From assembly GCA_963826115.1 (NCBI GenBank), contig CAWGVS010000006.1:512001-576000 (forward strand): a DNA stretch of 64,000 nt, read 5' to 3'. Numbering within the stretch: the first letter of the stretch is position 1; each line of letters opens with the position of its first letter. Below, in pieces: positions 61,412 to 64,000 of this stretch. This stretch comes from an uncultured Candidatus Rokubacteria bacterium (lineage in GTDB: Bacteria; Methylomirabilota; Methylomirabilia; Rokubacteriales; DASRDR01). The notes under the pieces are model-generated. The model worked only from the letters and a program-made list of their open reading frames with translations. It was not told the DNA's origin and did no database searches. The position numbers and the translations under genes are program-made.

Positions 61412-61760
61412 GCGTTTCCGCCACCTCGCTCGTCGGTCCGGAGGGCCAGTGCGTGTCCGCCCCAGCATAGCCCACCCGGGGCTTCGCGGGGGGAGCGCCC
61501 CCCGGGCGGTAGGCGCACCCCGGGACATGCCGGGGCCGCCTCGAGGACGCGCGCCATGTGTCGCTGAGCCGAAGGCGCATGAGCCCTGCCCCGCCGCGTT
61601 TGCCCGTCCGACGCCCCCGGGATGCCCGCGCTCACCTGCCGCGACCGGGCCGTCCCGTGGCGTGCCCGCTCTCGTGGCACGGGTCAGCGCGGAGCGCACC
61701 GACCTGGATCTCCGGCCGCGACACGACGAGCCGCGCCCGGCGACGGAGGAGACCGCGCGC

Positions 61761-61789
61761 TTGACACCCTCCGGGACGGTTCCTACACT
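61761..61789 (+). promoter_or_regulatory. sigma70 promoter
   Basis: TTGACA-N17-TACACT. Confidence 0.75.
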
Positions 61790-61842
61790 CGCGCCATCCT
61801 AGCGGCCCGACGTCGGTAGCTCCCAGCGGATCGGAGGCGGCG

Positions 61843-62436
61843 GTGGAATGGCGTGAGCTGATCGTGGACGGCTTCGAGCGGCTTCCGGATCTGGTGGACG
61901 AGGCGCTGGCGGGGGTGCGCGCCGCCGACCTCGACTGGCCGCCGCGGCCGGGCTGCAATCCTCTCGGCTGGACGGTCTGGCACCTCACGCGCGTGCAGGA
62001 CGGTCAGATCGCCGACCTCATGGGCCAGCCGGACCTCTGGACGCGGGACGGCTGGCACGCGAAGTTCAAGCGCCCGGCGGACCACGAGGACTCGGGCTAC
62101 GGTCACACGCCGGAGCAGGTGAGGGCGTTCCACTCGCCGAGCGCGAAGGTCCAGCTCGACTACCTCCGCGCGACCACCGAGCGGACGAAGGCGTGGCTCG
62201 GGTCGGTCACGCCGGCCGCGCTCGATCTCGAGCTCGACGAGCCGTGGTACACGCCGCGGCCGACCGTCGGGGTCCGGCTCCTCAGCATCCTGGCGGACTG
62301 CCACCAGCACGCCGGCGAGGTGTCCTACATCCGCGGGCTGATCCGGGCCCGCGGCCAGACCGCGCGGCCCGCGGCGCGGAAGCGCGCGGCTCGACCGGCG
62401 AAGCCGAGGGCCTCCCGGAAGAAGCGGGCCCGCTGA
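61843..62436 (+). CDS. DinB/DUF664 superfamily protein (mycothiol-transferase-like)
   Basis: N..GW.VWHLTRVQD, GYGHTPEQV, GVRLLSI..DC.QHAG...Y.RG; GGAGG RBS. Confidence 0.85.
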   Translation: MEWRELIVDGFERLPDLVDEALAGVRAADLDWPPRPGCNPLGWTVWHLTRVQDGQIADLMGQPDLWTRDGWHAKFKRPADHEDSGYGHTPEQVRAFHSPSAKVQLDYLRATTERTKAWLGSVTPAALDLELDEPWYTPRPTVGVRLLSILADCHQHAGEVSYIRGLIRARGQTARPAARKRAARPAKPRASRKKRAR

Positions 62437-62512
62437 GCCGAGGCCCGCGCCGGCCCCTTCGGAGACGCGTGGCTGCTCCGTCTGCTCTCCGTCGAGGAGT
62501 AAGCTTCTAGCC

Positions 62513-63652
62513 ATGATCGTCACGATCGACGACCTCCGGGAGGCCGCGCGGCGGCGCTTGCCGCGGCCCCTCTTCGACTACATCGACGGCGGCGCCGAGG
62601 ACGAGACGACCCTCCGCGAGAACCAGGCGGGCTTTCAGCGCTATCGGTTCCGGCCGCGGGCCCTGGTCGACGTGAGCCGGCGCGACCAGTCGACGACCGT
62701 CCTCGGCATCCCGGTCGCGTCGCCGCTGATCCTGGCGCCGACGGGCTTCACCGGGATGTTCTGGCCGCGGGGCGAGGCGGTGGCCGCGCGGGCGGCCGGC
62801 AACAAGGGCGTGATCTACACCGCCAGCACCATGTCGATCTGCCCGATGGAGGAGATCGCGGAGGCCGCGACCGGCCCCATCTGGTACCAGCTCTACGTGT
62901 GGCGGGACCGCGGGATCGTCCAGATGCTGATCGAGCGCGCGAAGGCCGCGGGGTACCGCGCCCTGGTGGTCACGGTCGACACGCCGGTGCTGGGCCAGCG
63001 GGAGCGCGACATCCGCAACGGGCTCGTCCTGCCCCCGCGGATCACGGCGCGGAACGTCCTCGGCACCGTCCGCCGGATCGCGTGGCTCCGGGACTTCCTG
63101 ACTCACCCCCGGCCGACGTTCGGCAACTTCGTGGGGATGCCCGGCGTCGAGCACGACGCCATCTCCCTCGCCGCCTTCACGGCGAAGCAGTTCAGCGCGT
63201 CCATCGGCTGGGCCGACGTCGAGTGGTACCGCTCGCTCTGGCCGGGGCCGATCGCGCTGAAGGGGATCATGTCGGCGGAGGTTGCGCGGGAGGCCGTCGA
63301 TCGCGGGATCGAGGCGGTCATCGTCTCGAACCACGGCGGCCGCCAGCTCGACCACGCGCCGGCGCCGATCGAGGTGCTCCCGGAAATCGTCGACGCGGTC
63401 GGCGGCCGCGCGGAGGTGATCCTCGACGGCGGGGTTCGCCGGGGCGCCGACGTGGTGAAGGCCCTCGCGCTGGGGGCCCGCGCGTGCATGATCGGCAAGG
63501 CCTTCAACTACGGCGTGGCCGCTCGCGGCGGGCCGGGCGTCGAGCTGGCGATCGACATCCTCGTCCGGGAGATCGACCGCGCCCTCGCGCTGGTCGGGCG
63601 CCCGACGCTGGCCCAGCTCGACCGCGCGTCGGTCGCGCGGCGAGAGCCGTGA
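62513..63652 (+). CDS. FMN-dependent alpha-hydroxy-acid dehydrogenase (L-lactate dehydrogenase-like)
   Basis: FDYIDGGAEDE, APTG, VTVDTP..G.RERD, SNHGGRQLD, DGGVRRG.DVVKALALGA. Confidence 0.93.
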   Translation: MIVTIDDLREAARRRLPRPLFDYIDGGAEDETTLRENQAGFQRYRFRPRALVDVSRRDQSTTVLGIPVASPLILAPTGFTGMFWPRGEAVAARAAGNKGVIYTASTMSICPMEEIAEAATGPIWYQLYVWRDRGIVQMLIERAKAAGYRALVVTVDTPVLGQRERDIRNGLVLPPRITARNVLGTVRRIAWLRDFLTHPRPTFGNFVGMPGVEHDAISLAAFTAKQFSASIGWADVEWYRSLWPGPIALKGIMSAEVAREAVDRGIEAVIVSNHGGRQLDHAPAPIEVLPEIVDAVGGRAEVILDGGVRRGADVVKALALGARACMIGKAFNYGVAARGGPGVELAIDILVREIDRALALVGRPTLAQLDRASVARREP

Positions 63653-63713
63653 CCGTGCGGCCCGGAGCGTGGTCGCGCCGGGCGGTATGATGGAGATGGA
63701 TGGGAGCCACGGC

Positions 63714-64000
63714 ATGAACGCGAGCGGGATCGGCCTCCGGCGTCTCCAGCATCTCGTCCTCTGGGTGTCCGACGTCGAGCGGAGCGTGCGCTTCTACCGG
63801 GACGTCCTCGGCTTCGAGGTCAAGGTCCGATACCCGAACGCGGCGTTCCTCCGCATCCCGGGGAGCGCCGACGACCACCACCTCGGGCTGTTCGAGCAGC
63901 GCGGCGTGCCGCCGCCCCACGAGGGCGTCGCGCGGATGTACCACTCCGCGTGGGAGGTGGCCGAGCTCACCGACCTCGCGCGCGCCCGGCAGCGGCTCAC
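63714..64000 (+). CDS. VOC/glyoxalase family protein (3'-truncated; absent from the ORF track)
   Basis: MNASGIGLRRLQHLVLWVSDVERSVRFYRDVLGF...DDHHLGLFE...MYHSAWEV; GGGAG RBS. Confidence 0.88.
   Translation, partial: MNASGIGLRRLQHLVLWVSDVERSVRFYRDVLGFEVKVRYPNAAFLRIPGSADDHHLGLFEQRGVPPPHEGVARMYHSAWEVAELTDLARARQRL

Overview
A very GC-rich bacterial chromosomal segment. The gene-family style (many peptide-ABC binding proteins, a sigma54-activator/STAND/TPR fusion, small DRR..ERR proteins) resembles Candidatus Rokubacteria/Methylomirabilota; that taxon call is inference only. The window opens with a TCA-cycle cluster (icd partial, mdh, mycobacterial Sdh1-type sdh, sucCD, ndk). It continues with a biotin carboxylase/carrier pair, two peptide/nickel-family ABC clusters, a Phd-RelE toxin-antitoxin pair, fumC, two ThDP enzymes, an MshA-like glycosyltransferase, a ferredoxin and a GAF-kinase/receiver/NtrC-type cluster. 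Five features go beyond the ORF track. (1) Two translationally coupled, signal-peptide-bearing thioredoxin-fold genes are each split by an in-frame UGA exactly at the catalytic Cys and followed by a SECIS-like hairpin, suggesting a tandem selenoprotein operon. (2) Five consensus sigma54 -24/-12 promoters are present, several with palindromic enhancer sites; one belongs to a self-contained module of an AAA+/Fis/STAND/TPR activator divergent from two paralogous helical proteins. (3) A sigma54-driven lower-GC cassette ends in a four-times frameshifted Zn-phospholipase-C/P1-like gene. (4) An HExxH metalloprotease is coupled to an MBL-fold hydrolase. (5) Smaller items are a REPIN/MITE-like insert between sucC and sucD, a probable CTG-initiated EamA gene and a decayed gene remnant. 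No rRNA, tRNA, CRISPR array or transposase was recognised.
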